Source of the DNA: Candidatus Poribacteria bacterium
Lineage (GTDB): Bacteria > Poribacteria > WGA-4E > WGA-3G
DNA: 64,000 nucleotides
Assembly: GCA_963665235.2 (NCBI GenBank)
Contig: CAXXLX010000001.1
Coordinates: 3,136,001-3,200,000, forward strand
Direction: 5' to 3'
Positions 51,111 to 60,160 of the stretch are shown here, in pieces. How positions within the stretch are numbered: the first letter of the stretch is position 1; the number at the start of each line of letters is the position of its first letter. The notes under the pieces were generated by a model. The model did no database searches. It was not told the DNA's origin and saw only the letters and a program-made list of their open reading frames with translations. A program made the translations under genes and the position numbers.

Positions 51111-54100
51111 CTATTTTTCAAAGTTGAAATGAAGCATACCTTGGTTTTCTGTGCCTACATATAACGTGTTCCGCTCAGCGGCGAGGGAGGTCACGCTATC
51201 CGGTATCTCTGAGACAACCTGTTGCCACGTGCCATTTTCCAAGCGATAGACACCTGTCTTTTCGGTAACACCATAAAGGGTTGTGCCATCAACAGCCAAG
51301 TGCTCCATGATAAGGTTCGTCCCCGTTGCATCTGTGACAGGATGCCAACCTCTTCCGTTAATGGATGTGGCGACCCCCGCGTCAGTTGCTACATACACCG
51401 TGGGCCCGGCAACCCCAATTTCTTTGAAAGTTTTAGCGGGAAATGGCAGAGCCGGTGTGAAATCGATCCAATTATTTCCTTCGTTCAACGATACGAAGAG
51501 GTGTCCATCGCGTTTACCGGCGTAAACGGTGTTGCCTGAAACCGCAAGTTTGAGCGTTTTTCTCGCTATGTCCGGAGAAAGTTCAACGGTTTCCTCCAAG
51601 CCGGTGTCGCTCCATTCTGTATCCCCCCGCTTCCACCGGAAGAGTTTAAAGTTGTATTCCATATAAAACGTATCGTCACTAACAGCAAATGGGCCCCCGG
51701 TGAATCCTAATTCGACATGAAGCATCGCCTCCGGGCTATAAGGATTCTGTTGCATATCCCCTTGTGCTAACTGTTTGAAGAATTGGGCTGCGCCTGGAAA
51801 CCGATTTGGCAAATGTTCAATACGCTTCTTCTGATATGGGCTAGGCGGTCCTCCCCTTATTTGAAATAATTTTTCCATTAATGGTCTTGCGTTAAAGCTA
51901 GGCATTCCTTGGATAGGGGCAATTGTCCTTCCATCTGTAGTGATACGATATAGAAGTGTTTTTTCACCCACGCGGAAATCTCCCCCTTTTGCATAGAGAA
52001 TCCCACCGGATTTGATTATGTGAGTAATAACGGGTGGTTCGTCCCTATTAGGTGTTGTCATCGGTATTTCCATTTGAACCCTCTTCCAAGATTTACCCGC
52101 ATCTGTAGTTTTTACTAGTGCATCTTCAAATGTTGCGTAGAGAATCGGATGCCTATTTTGTGCAGTATCGCTTCCCTTATATACAATAAGATTATCTATA
52201 AGCATCTCATCCTGAACGATATTCACTCTGTTCCAGGATTTGCCGCCATCAGCAGTTCGATGGAGTCCATCATTGCTATTGAGATAAAAAACATGTTCAC
52301 TCAACGCCACAGCAGTGGAATTTCCGGAGCAAAGGGGTATTGTTAAAGGAGAAGTACTCGGGGATTCTGGCGGCAGCCATGTATCTCCGCTATCGGTAGA
52401 GCGGACCAGCCCCCGTTCCATCATCAGAAACGTTCCCCCTGCAGCGACAAGGGTGAGTCTGGGCGGCCATCCCTTTACGGACCATGCATCTGTTGGGGTT
52501 ATATCTGTCCATGAATTTCCATAGTCCATCGAACGGAATAGCCACCAGGTCCGCCGCCGTCCCTCCGATGCTTCCCACGGCTCGATTTCTACTGTTGCCA
52601 TTACATAGAGCCGCTCTTTAGTAGCTGTAACCGAATAAGGCACAATTGCCTTAGCTATTGGAAATTCTAAGCGTTGCCAGCTATTGGCGTTCCAGCGATA
52701 AAGTCCTGTCTCGGTTGCAGCAAACAGTGTGTTTGGCATCGCTGTGAAAGAGGGATAGGGGTACCCCCCAGGCAATTCATCCATTTTCATTTTCTTCCAG
52801 GTCTTACCGATGTCCGTGGAACGGAATACACCTCTATCTCCTCTAAAAACGATGTAAAATGCTTCTTCCGTTAGTGTCAGTTCATACGGGGCCCAATCTT
52901 CTGCCAATCCCTCCTGCCATTGGTAAACTGAACGCCACGTTTTGCCCCCATTTTTTGAAGTGTAAAGTTCATTGGCTAGAACGATGTAAAAGGTATCCTT
53001 CCACGCTCCCAGCAGCGGTAGAGGCGTTTTGTCACTCCAGGAAACATTGATAGCTGAATGCAGGTCGCAGACATGCTCCCATGCGTTATCATCAGCTTCA
53101 TTTCGTTTGTAGATGTTTCTACCAATAAGGACGTAAAGTTTGCCCTCAGTTGTCGTAATTAAAGCGTGTGCCTGACTCCCTCTGATAGGTTCAGACGGTA
53201 TCCACTGCTGTTTGGGAGTAGAAACATCTTCTCCTTCCGCCTGTGCGGCCGCCAATAACATTGTCTCCGGTTTTTGTCCGTTATTATCGCTTTTACCGGG
53301 TGCGTTTGCGTTTCCAAGCCGGTTTCGGACATCCGGTTTCATTTCAAGATTGCGGACAAGCGGTGCATCAATAATGTCTACCGTCGTCTCAGCTTGTGCG
53401 TTCAAACTGTAAGGTTGTTGAAAACGTGCTAAGTATTGACTGCCTATACCGAGCATCAGCAAGAGCAGGATGGCACTTGTAGCACTTATCATCCATGGCA
53501 CCAGGGGTTTACCCCCGGAAGGTACAGCGGGTTTCAGGTGTGCGACCTCGCGCATGATATTGTCGGTCAGATGCGGTGAGAGCTGGAAATGGTCAAGGGC
53601 TTCTCGTATCATTGTCTCCTCCCTTTGCAAGCGTTGCTGTGCCCTGCGGAGCCGGCTTCTAATCGTATTTGCGGATACGCCTAAGAACGCCCCGATTTCG
53701 GTACTAGACATCTCGCTGAAGTAATGCAACGTAATGACGGTGCGTTCACTCTCCGGTAGTTTTGCGAGCAACTTTTTGACAACTTCGCGTTGTGCTTCCC
53801 CTGCGATTTTTGCGCGTTCTTGGACGACATATTCGGAATAAACATCTGTTTGTATCAAGTTTGTCTCCGTGTCCTCGTCTTCGAGCGGTTGTGTTTGTAT
53901 CCGTTTTTTGCGGAGCCAGGTAGAACAGAGGTTGCTTGTAATGACATAGAGCCAGCCCGCAAACTGTTTCGGATTTTTCAGGGTATGAAGTCTTTTATAC
54001 ACCTTGAGAAATGCATCCTGTGTGATTTCTTCTGCAATGTGGAAGTCGCCTATTCTTCGCCAGGCGAGTGTGTGAACCTGCTTTTGGTATTTTTTCACAA

Positions 54101-54167
54101 GCGTAGCGAACGCATTCTCATCCCCCGCAAGGACGCGCTTTATCAGTTCAACATCTTCGTTTTTCAT
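51111..54167 (-). CDS. ECF sigma factor fused to a TM helix and an extracytoplasmic BNR/Asp-box beta-propeller
   Basis: Sigma2 (AF..LVKKYQ, AEEITQD.F, FAGWLY), sigma4 (LPESER, EIGAFLGVS.NT..SRL.RA), TM at about aa 222-242, repeated S.D.G.TW. Confidence 0.9.
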   Translation of the reverse strand: MKNEDVELIKRVLAGDENAFATLVKKYQKQVHTLAWRRIGDFHIAEEITQDAFLKVYKRLHTLKNPKQFAGWLYVITSNLCSTWLRKKRIQTQPLEDEDTETNLIQTDVYSEYVVQERAKIAGEAQREVVKKLLAKLPESERTVITLHYFSEMSSTEIGAFLGVSANTIRSRLRRAQQRLQREETMIREALDHFQLSPHLTDNIMREVAHLKPAVPSGGKPLVPWMISATSAILLLLMLGIGSQYLARFQQPYSLNAQAETTVDIIDAPLVRNLEMKPDVRNRLGNANAPGKSDNNGQKPETMLLAAAQAEGEDVSTPKQQWIPSEPIRGSQAHALITTTEGKLYVLIGRNIYKRNEADDNAWEHVCDLHSAINVSWSDKTPLPLLGAWKDTFYIVLANELYTSKNGGKTWRSVYQWQEGLAEDWAPYELTLTEEAFYIVFRGDRGVFRSTDIGKTWKKMKMDELPGGYPYPSFTAMPNTLFAATETGLYRWNANSWQRLEFPIAKAIVPYSVTATKERLYVMATVEIEPWEASEGRRRTWWLFRSMDYGNSWTDITPTDAWSVKGWPPRLTLVAAGGTFLMMERGLVRSTDSGDTWLPPESPSTSPLTIPLCSGNSTAVALSEHVFYLNSNDGLHRTADGGKSWNRVNIVQDEMLIDNLIVYKGSDTAQNRHPILYATFEDALVKTTDAGKSWKRVQMEIPMTTPNRDEPPVITHIIKSGGILYAKGGDFRVGEKTLLYRITTDGRTIAPIQGMPSFNARPLMEKLFQIRGGPPSPYQKKRIEHLPNRFPGAAQFFKQLAQGDMQQNPYSPEAMLHVELGFTGGPFAVSDDTFYMEYNFKLFRWKRGDTEWSDTGLEETVELSPDIARKTLKLAVSGNTVYAGKRDGHLFVSLNEGNNWIDFTPALPFPAKTFKEIGVAGPTVYVATDAGVATSINGRGWHPVTDATGTNLIMEHLAVDGTTLYGVTEKTGVYRLENGTWQQVVSEIPDSVTSLAAERNTLYVGTENQGMLHFNFEK

Positions 54168-54217
54168 CAGAGGCCTCCGGAAAACAATTGTTTGGTAGAT
54201 AACGTATCTGATTATAG

Positions 54218-54246
54218 TGACGCTAGTTCGGGATGAAAGTGGTGCA
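54218..54246 (-). promoter_or_regulatory. ECF-type promoter (TGCACC-N17-GCGTCA)
   Basis: Conserved upstream of both sigma paralogues. Confidence 0.6.
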
Positions 54247-54322
54247 TAATTCTTTGATTGGCGAATGGCTATTGGCGATTAGCAATTGGCGATTAGCAAG
54301 ATGTTGTGATTCTAATAACATA

Positions 54323-54464
54323 ACGCAAGTTGCCACATAGTAGCATAAACTTCCTAGTTTGTGCCATAAGGGCGCGAACTAGGAAGTTCACGCTACAATT
54401 ATCAGCAGTTTTTGACTAAAAGCGGCGTTCCCAAGTCTAAAAATTTATAGGTGGCAACTTAGGT
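54323..54464. mobile_element. MITE, 142 bp, TIR ACGCAAGTTGCCAC/GTGGCAACTTAGGT, 7-bp TSD TAACATA, carrying an inverted REP doublet
   Basis: TSD 54316-54322 and 54465-54471; REPs at 54340-54364 and 54372-54396; nested in the GTTGTGATTCTAA repeat. Confidence 0.85.
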
Positions 54465-54576
54465 TAACATATCTGAAGCGCGTCAGAGCCGTCCTCCTCT
54501 TGCTATAGGTTTCCATAGGTTTCCAATAGTTTCCAACATTCTAGAAACATTCCGCCCATACTGGGCTAAGACCAAT

Positions 54577-57573
54577 TTATTTTTCAAGTGTGTAGTGAAG
54601 CATACCGTCGTTTTCCGTGCCGATGTATAACGTATCCCCGCCAACAGCGAGGGAAATCACGTTATACGGTATTGCTGAGACAACTTGTTGCCACGTGCCG
54701 TTTTCCAAGCGATAGATACCCCCTACTTTTTCGGTAATGCCGTAAAGGGTTGTGCCATCAACAGTTAAGTGCTTCATGATAAGATTTGTCCCTGCTGCGT
54801 CGGTGACGGGATGCCAACTTTTCCCATTGTCTGATGCGGTGACACCTGCGTCCGTTGCCACATATCCCGTGGTACCACCAAACACAATATCTTTGAAGGT
54901 TTTAACGGGAAACGGTAGAGCCGACGTGAGGTCGAGCCAACTATTTCCCTTATCAAACGATGCGACGAGGTGTCCATCCCGTTTGCCGGCATAGACAGTG
55001 TTGCCTGAAGCGGCAAGTTTGAGCTCTTTCTGTACTATATGCCACGCGAATTCAGTGGTTTTTTCCACACCTGTATCGTACCATTCTGTATCCCCTTTTT
55101 TCCATCGTAAGAGTTTAAAGTTATGTTCCACAAAGAACGTGTCGTCACTTACAGCTAAAGCCCCCCCTAATCCCTCTCGACGAAATGTATCTGCTTTTCG
55201 GGGTTCCATTAGAGCTAACTGTTTAAAGAACTGTGTTGCTCCATGAGAGCTTTCTTGTAACTGTTCAACAAATGCTTGGAAATTTTGAGCGAACGACTTA
55301 TCTGAGCTTATAGAAAGCCCTTGATCTATCAAGTGAAATAATCTTGACGAGTCAAAGATTGGCATACCCGGAATTGTTACTAAGGTATTGCTATCTGTAG
55401 ATACACGATACAGGCGCGACTTGGAGCTGCCAGCATCATAACCTTTTCCATTTACATAGATATTTCCATCAGATTTAACTATTTGTGTAATGCTTAGTGG
55501 TTTTTCATTATCGGTTGATGTCATGAGTATCTCTGGATGAACAGTTTTCCAAGACGTGCCGTTGTCGGTAGTTTTTAAGATATGTCCGTTACTTCCATAA
55601 ATAGTCGGCAGCCTGTTTTGCCCGTTATCACCTCCATTGGACACAATTAGATTATCTATTCCCCCGCCATATTTATTCGGCGTGACGTTTACAACGTTCC
55701 AAGATTTTCCTTTATCGGTGGAACGATGAAGACCGTGTAAGCTATTGACGTAAAAAACATGCTCATTTAATGCCACAGCAGTCATACCAAGGACTCCCCT
55801 CATAGGGACGTTGCCTGATAATTGTGGTGGCATCCATGTATCTCCGCCATCGGTAGAGCGAACTATACCTCTTTCCATCACTATAAGTGTATCCCCAGCG
55901 GCAACAAGGCTGATTCTAGATTGCCATCCTTTAGTGGGCCATGCATTTGTAGGCGTTATATCTGTCCATGAGTTTCCAAGGTCCGTTGAGCGAAATATCC
56001 ACCATGTCTGTTGTCGTCCTTCCGATGCTGCTACGGGCTCCCATGCCTGACCTATGTACCCCACTGCATACAGATAATCGTTAGTGGCCGTCAACGACAT
56101 CCTAGGTGCTGGAAATTCTAACCGTTGCCAGCTATCACTATTCCAACGATAGAGCTCGGTACCAGTTGAAGCAATTACCGTGTTTTGTATCTCTACGAAA
56201 GCGTAAAGTTCTTGCGATAATTCATCCCAAGTCTCGCCTTTATCTTCAGAGCGAAAAGTACCTTCCCAAAAAGTCAGATAAAACGCTTGTTCTGTTAGCA
56301 CTAATTCATACGGAGAGGTACATTTTTCTGGAAATGTGTGAACCGTATCCCATGTCTTGCCACCATCCTCTGAAGCCAAGAGTTTATTGGATGGGAGAAT
56401 ATAAAGGGTATCGTCCCATTCTGCCATAGGAAAATCAACGAGTCTATCGTCAATTAGCGCGCTAATGTCGCTTAGGTGTTTCCACTTTGTTTCACTGTTT
56501 TGTAGTTTGTATACGTGTCCATCAGCAACAGTATAAATCTCTCCCTTAGAGGTTGCAAGTAAACTTTCCACATGAGTTCCTCTGGTAGATTCAGACGGTA
56601 TCCACTGCTGTTGCTGTCTCCGGTTTCTTGCCTGTATTATCGCTTTGGGGACAGAGAAGTCCTCTCCTTCCGCCTGTGTGGCAGCTAACAGAACCGTTTT
56701 ACCGGGTGCATTTGCGTTTCCGAGTCGGTTTCGGACATCCGGTTTCACATCAAGGTTTAGCACAATAGGTGCATCAATAATGTCTACCGTCGTCTCGGTT
56801 TCTGCCTTCAAACTATAAGGCTGCTGAAAACGTGATAGGTATTGACTGCCTATTCCAAGCATCAGCAAAATCAATGCCACGCTTGAAGCAGTAATCGCCC
56901 ATGGCATTAGGGGTTTGCTGCCGGTAGGTGCGGCGGGTTTCAGGCGTGCGACCTCACGCATGATGCTGTCGGTCAGATGCGGTGAAATCTGGAAATGGTC
57001 AAGGGCTTCTCGTATCATAGTCTCCTCCGTTTGTAAGCGTTGCCGTGCGCGGTGTAATCGGCTCTTAATCGTTCCGACAGATACGCCTAAGAATTTGCCA
57101 ATCTCTTCACAGGTCATTTCAGCGAAGTAGTGTAGCATTATGACAGTGCGTTCACTCTCTTTCAGCTTCGCAAGCAGCTTCTTGACAACTTCACGTTGTG
57201 CTTCAGTTGCTACTTTTGCCTGTTCTTGAACGACATATTCAGAGTAAGCATCTCTCTGTATCATAGTTGTCTCTGTGCCCTCATCTTCTAAGGGTTGTGT
57301 CTGTATCCGTTTTTTACGGAGCCACGTAGCGCACAAGTTGCTTGTAATGACATAGAGCCACCCTGCAAACTGTTTCGGATTTTTCAAGGTATGAAGCCGT
57401 TGATGGACCTTGAGAAAGGTGTCCTGTGTAATCTCTTCAGCGATGTGGAAGTCGCCTATTTTCCGCCAGGCGAGTGTGTGCACCGGTTTCTGATATTTTT
57501 TCACTAATTCGGTGAAAGCAGGTTCATCGCCCGCGAGAATACGTTGGATAAGTTGAACATCGTCGTTTGTCAT
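54577..57573 (-). CDS. ECF sigma factor fused to a TM helix and BNR beta-propeller (paralogue)
   Basis: Highly similar sigma domain and same architecture as 51111-54167. Confidence 0.9.
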   Translation of the reverse strand: MTNDDVQLIQRILAGDEPAFTELVKKYQKPVHTLAWRKIGDFHIAEEITQDTFLKVHQRLHTLKNPKQFAGWLYVITSNLCATWLRKKRIQTQPLEDEGTETTMIQRDAYSEYVVQEQAKVATEAQREVVKKLLAKLKESERTVIMLHYFAEMTCEEIGKFLGVSVGTIKSRLHRARQRLQTEETMIREALDHFQISPHLTDSIMREVARLKPAAPTGSKPLMPWAITASSVALILLMLGIGSQYLSRFQQPYSLKAETETTVDIIDAPIVLNLDVKPDVRNRLGNANAPGKTVLLAATQAEGEDFSVPKAIIQARNRRQQQQWIPSESTRGTHVESLLATSKGEIYTVADGHVYKLQNSETKWKHLSDISALIDDRLVDFPMAEWDDTLYILPSNKLLASEDGGKTWDTVHTFPEKCTSPYELVLTEQAFYLTFWEGTFRSEDKGETWDELSQELYAFVEIQNTVIASTGTELYRWNSDSWQRLEFPAPRMSLTATNDYLYAVGYIGQAWEPVAASEGRQQTWWIFRSTDLGNSWTDITPTNAWPTKGWQSRISLVAAGDTLIVMERGIVRSTDGGDTWMPPQLSGNVPMRGVLGMTAVALNEHVFYVNSLHGLHRSTDKGKSWNVVNVTPNKYGGGIDNLIVSNGGDNGQNRLPTIYGSNGHILKTTDNGTSWKTVHPEILMTSTDNEKPLSITQIVKSDGNIYVNGKGYDAGSSKSRLYRVSTDSNTLVTIPGMPIFDSSRLFHLIDQGLSISSDKSFAQNFQAFVEQLQESSHGATQFFKQLALMEPRKADTFRREGLGGALAVSDDTFFVEHNFKLLRWKKGDTEWYDTGVEKTTEFAWHIVQKELKLAASGNTVYAGKRDGHLVASFDKGNSWLDLTSALPFPVKTFKDIVFGGTTGYVATDAGVTASDNGKSWHPVTDAAGTNLIMKHLTVDGTTLYGITEKVGGIYRLENGTWQQVVSAIPYNVISLAVGGDTLYIGTENDGMLHYTLEK

Positions 57574-57607
57574 CGGGTGTCTCCAGAAAACATTTGTTTG
57601 ACCATAG

Positions 57608-57636
57608 TGACGCTAGTTAGGGGGAAAACGGTTGCA
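57608..57636 (-). promoter_or_regulatory. ECF-type promoter (TGCAAC-N17-GCGTCA)
   Basis: Same motif and spacing as 54218-54246. Confidence 0.6.
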
Positions 57637-57767
57637 TAATTAGTTGTTGGCGATTGGCAATTAGCAATTGGCAATTGGCAAGAGGTTTGTGATTCTAAAT
57701 ACGCGGTCTGACGCGCGTCAGAGGGCTTAGATTCATCTCTTGCTAACAGCCAACGGCCAACAGCCAT

Positions 57768-58916
57768 TTAACCGAGTCTGATAACCTCGCCGCTTGCTGC
57801 GGAACGGTAACCAGCGGAGATAATTTCGACGGATTGTGCTGCGAATTCGGCGTTCATTTCGCTTTCCACGTCGTTTTCGATACAGTCTATGAACGCGCTG
57901 AACTCCCGTTGTCCATCATTTCCGCTGCTGATATCTATCCAATGCTGTTTCGGCTGCATTTTAATTTCGGCTTGTGTGCTGCTCCACATGCCCATTGGGT
58001 CGAGGGGGTGTGGGGGAGGCGGCTCAAAGGCGGGTTCATCGGAGAATACGACGAGACGTGCAGAAGCAGCGTCAAACGTCAAGCTGCCACGCGTACCGAC
58101 AAGGTGTACCTTCTGTACACCGCCGCGCGGGTGACTTTTCCATCCGTAACGCCCGCCAGCGATTGTTGCTGTGATGTCGCCCTCTAGCGTCAATACCAAT
58201 GCCCCAAAATCCTCTACATCACACCCGTGATGCTCTTTGAAAAAATAGTTTGCAGTTGCACCGAAAACCGTTTGGACAGGTCTCGGCACTAACCAATTAA
58301 TCATTGACACGGCATAGACCCCGATATCAAACATTTCGCGTTTCGCCTCAACGAAGCTGTACCGTTCCACTGTGGGTTTCTCCACCCGTTTTTTACCGAC
58401 AGGTGCGCTGCCCGGATGTCCTTTTGCAAATAGGACATCACAGTGAATCGCTCGAAGCTCACCGATGTGTTCGCTATCCAACGCTTGTTTGACGGTCCGC
58501 GCCCAGGTGCTGTGAATATTGCTGTACATCTGTGTACGCACCCCGGTTTTTGCAACGGCATCAACAATCTGATGTGTGTGTTCGGGGTTGAGTGCCATCG
58601 GTTTATCCAGATAGACGTGCTTACCGGCTGCTGCACACTTTGCACCGACCTGTCCACGCCGTTCTACTTCGGTACAGAGACTTACAATATGCACATCATC
58701 ACGTGCCAATGCCGCGTTGAGGTCCGGAATAAAGGGTAGCTCTAACGCTGCTGCGAGGGAACGTGCCAATTCCACACGTTCTGTTGGCGCGTCCGGTTCA
58801 TCGGCGAACGCTACTAATTGACAGCGTGCATCTTGGTTGAAAAGTTCCGCGTAGTTTTCTTGGTGTGTGCGATACCCGCCAAGCAGGAGCACACCGTATT
58901 TTCCAGCTGTTTGCAT
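57768..58916 (-). CDS. Gfo/Idh/MocA family oxidoreductase
   Basis: AGKHVYLDKPMA, FDIGVY, EDFG, C-terminal AGYRSA.SG. Confidence 0.88.
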   Translation of the reverse strand: MQTAGKYGVLLLGGYRTHQENYAELFNQDARCQLVAFADEPDAPTERVELARSLAAALELPFIPDLNAALARDDVHIVSLCTEVERRGQVGAKCAAAGKHVYLDKPMALNPEHTHQIVDAVAKTGVRTQMYSNIHSTWARTVKQALDSEHIGELRAIHCDVLFAKGHPGSAPVGKKRVEKPTVERYSFVEAKREMFDIGVYAVSMINWLVPRPVQTVFGATANYFFKEHHGCDVEDFGALVLTLEGDITATIAGGRYGWKSHPRGGVQKVHLVGTRGSLTFDAASARLVVFSDEPAFEPPPPHPLDPMGMWSSTQAEIKMQPKQHWIDISSGNDGQREFSAFIDCIENDVESEMNAEFAAQSVEIISAGYRSAASGEVIRLG

Positions 58917-58918
58917 GT

Positions 58919-59362
58919 CTACTCCTCCACTGCTATAGGCTGGCCGCTTTCAAGTGCCCGCGCGATAGCCTCTGTCAGTTCACCCGTGTCGCCGAGTTGT
59001 AGTGGGGCAGCACTGAGAGAATGCCTCCCGACCGGCGTTTCATGGTAAATAACCCCCTTATTGCCAACCAACATTATATCAATGGCTGTTTCCGCGCTAA
59101 CCCGATTGACGCTCAACACTGCCATTTGTCCTGCTGCATATTGAAGCATGACTGTAACCTGCGTAGCGTTTGCATCGCCCTGGGCGTAGACACTCGTTGG
59201 CTGTGAAGGCATCCATCCGTTCGCAAGGGCAGCAATTTCAGCGGCTGGTGCCAGCAGACTCACTGTCTCATTCGCAACGTGAAGCACACACCTCAGAAAC
59301 ACGGGGCTCCCAATTCGGTCCTTTTCAATTACAGATTGGACCGATTTTTTTAGTAATTCCAT
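58919..59362 (-). CDS. Small protein resembling the C-terminal domain of Gfo/Idh/MocA oxidoreductases
   Basis: Start ATG 59362 after AGGAGG; IGSPVFLR, P.SVYAQG, LVGNKG, ALESGQP. Confidence 0.65.
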   Translation of the reverse strand: MELLKKSVQSVIEKDRIGSPVFLRCVLHVANETVSLLAPAAEIAALANGWMPSQPTSVYAQGDANATQVTVMLQYAAGQMAVLSVNRVSAETAIDIMLVGNKGVIYHETPVGRHSLSAAPLQLGDTGELTEAIARALESGQPIAVEE

Positions 59363-59378
59363 TTTTCCTCCTAAATGA

Positions 59379-59530
59379 ACGTGAGCTTGATAATAAATAT
59401 CCGTTTGCTCTAAACCTTTTGCATCGCGAAAAAAGCGGTATAATTGTAGCATAAACTTCCTAGTTTGTGCTGTTTTTTGCTAAAACTACCACAGAACGCT
59501 CTAGGTCAAAACTTTTTTTCAAACTCGCGT
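59379..59530. mobile_element. MITE, 152 bp, inverted copy of 32594-32744, 7-bp TSD TAAATGA
   Basis: TSD at 59372-59378 and 59531-59537. Confidence 0.85.
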
Positions 59531-59663
59531 TAAATGAGATAATCATAAAAATGTTGACGCATCTATTCACACTGTGCTAATATTTTAAAAAAGATATGTT
59601 TTTGGCTGGTAAACCACGCCAAACTCTCCGCAAATCTAATACATAACCTTTTGGAGGACACCT

Positions 59664-60029
59664 ATGCGAGGTAAAACCCTTAAACAATTACTTGCTGAAG
59701 CGAAAGCAAATGTTGGCGACATCTCCGCTGATGAGCTTACCGAGGCAGGTGAATCCGTTGTCATTATAGATGTAAGAGACGAGCCGGACTACGATGAAGC
59801 TCATTTGCCGAATGCGGTTTCTTTGCCGCGCGGTTATATAGAATTGGATATTGACGAGGTTGTACCCGAGCAGGATGCACATATTGTCACCTATTGCGGC
59901 GGCGGTACCCGCGCTACACTCTCCGCCCACACCTTAAAAATTATGGGATATGAGAACGTTTCCGTTCTGACCGGCGGTTTCCGTGGGTGGGAAGCTGCAG
60001 GGCTGCCGACCGAAAGTTCTGACGACTAA
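59664..60029 (+). CDS. Rhodanese-like sulfurtransferase
   Basis: IIDVRD, HLPNA, YCGGGTRA, L.GGF.GW. Confidence 0.9.
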   Translation: MRGKTLKQLLAEAKANVGDISADELTEAGESVVIIDVRDEPDYDEAHLPNAVSLPRGYIELDIDEVVPEQDAHIVTYCGGGTRATLSAHTLKIMGYENVSVLTGGFRGWEAAGLPTESSDD

Positions 60030-60160
60030 GCACGTTGACGTAAGCAGATTAGCACGGATGGCAGAGCTTGTCAATATTTATTTTCAGCAACGGGATTGAA
60101 TGATTCTGTTTTCCGTAATGGGATGGCATGCTCTGCGTTTCTACTACTATGAGGAATGAT

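Noticed and set aside
59363-59452. N-terminal extension of the 58919 ORF
   Set aside because: Lies within the MITE; the AGGAGG RBS supports ATG 59362
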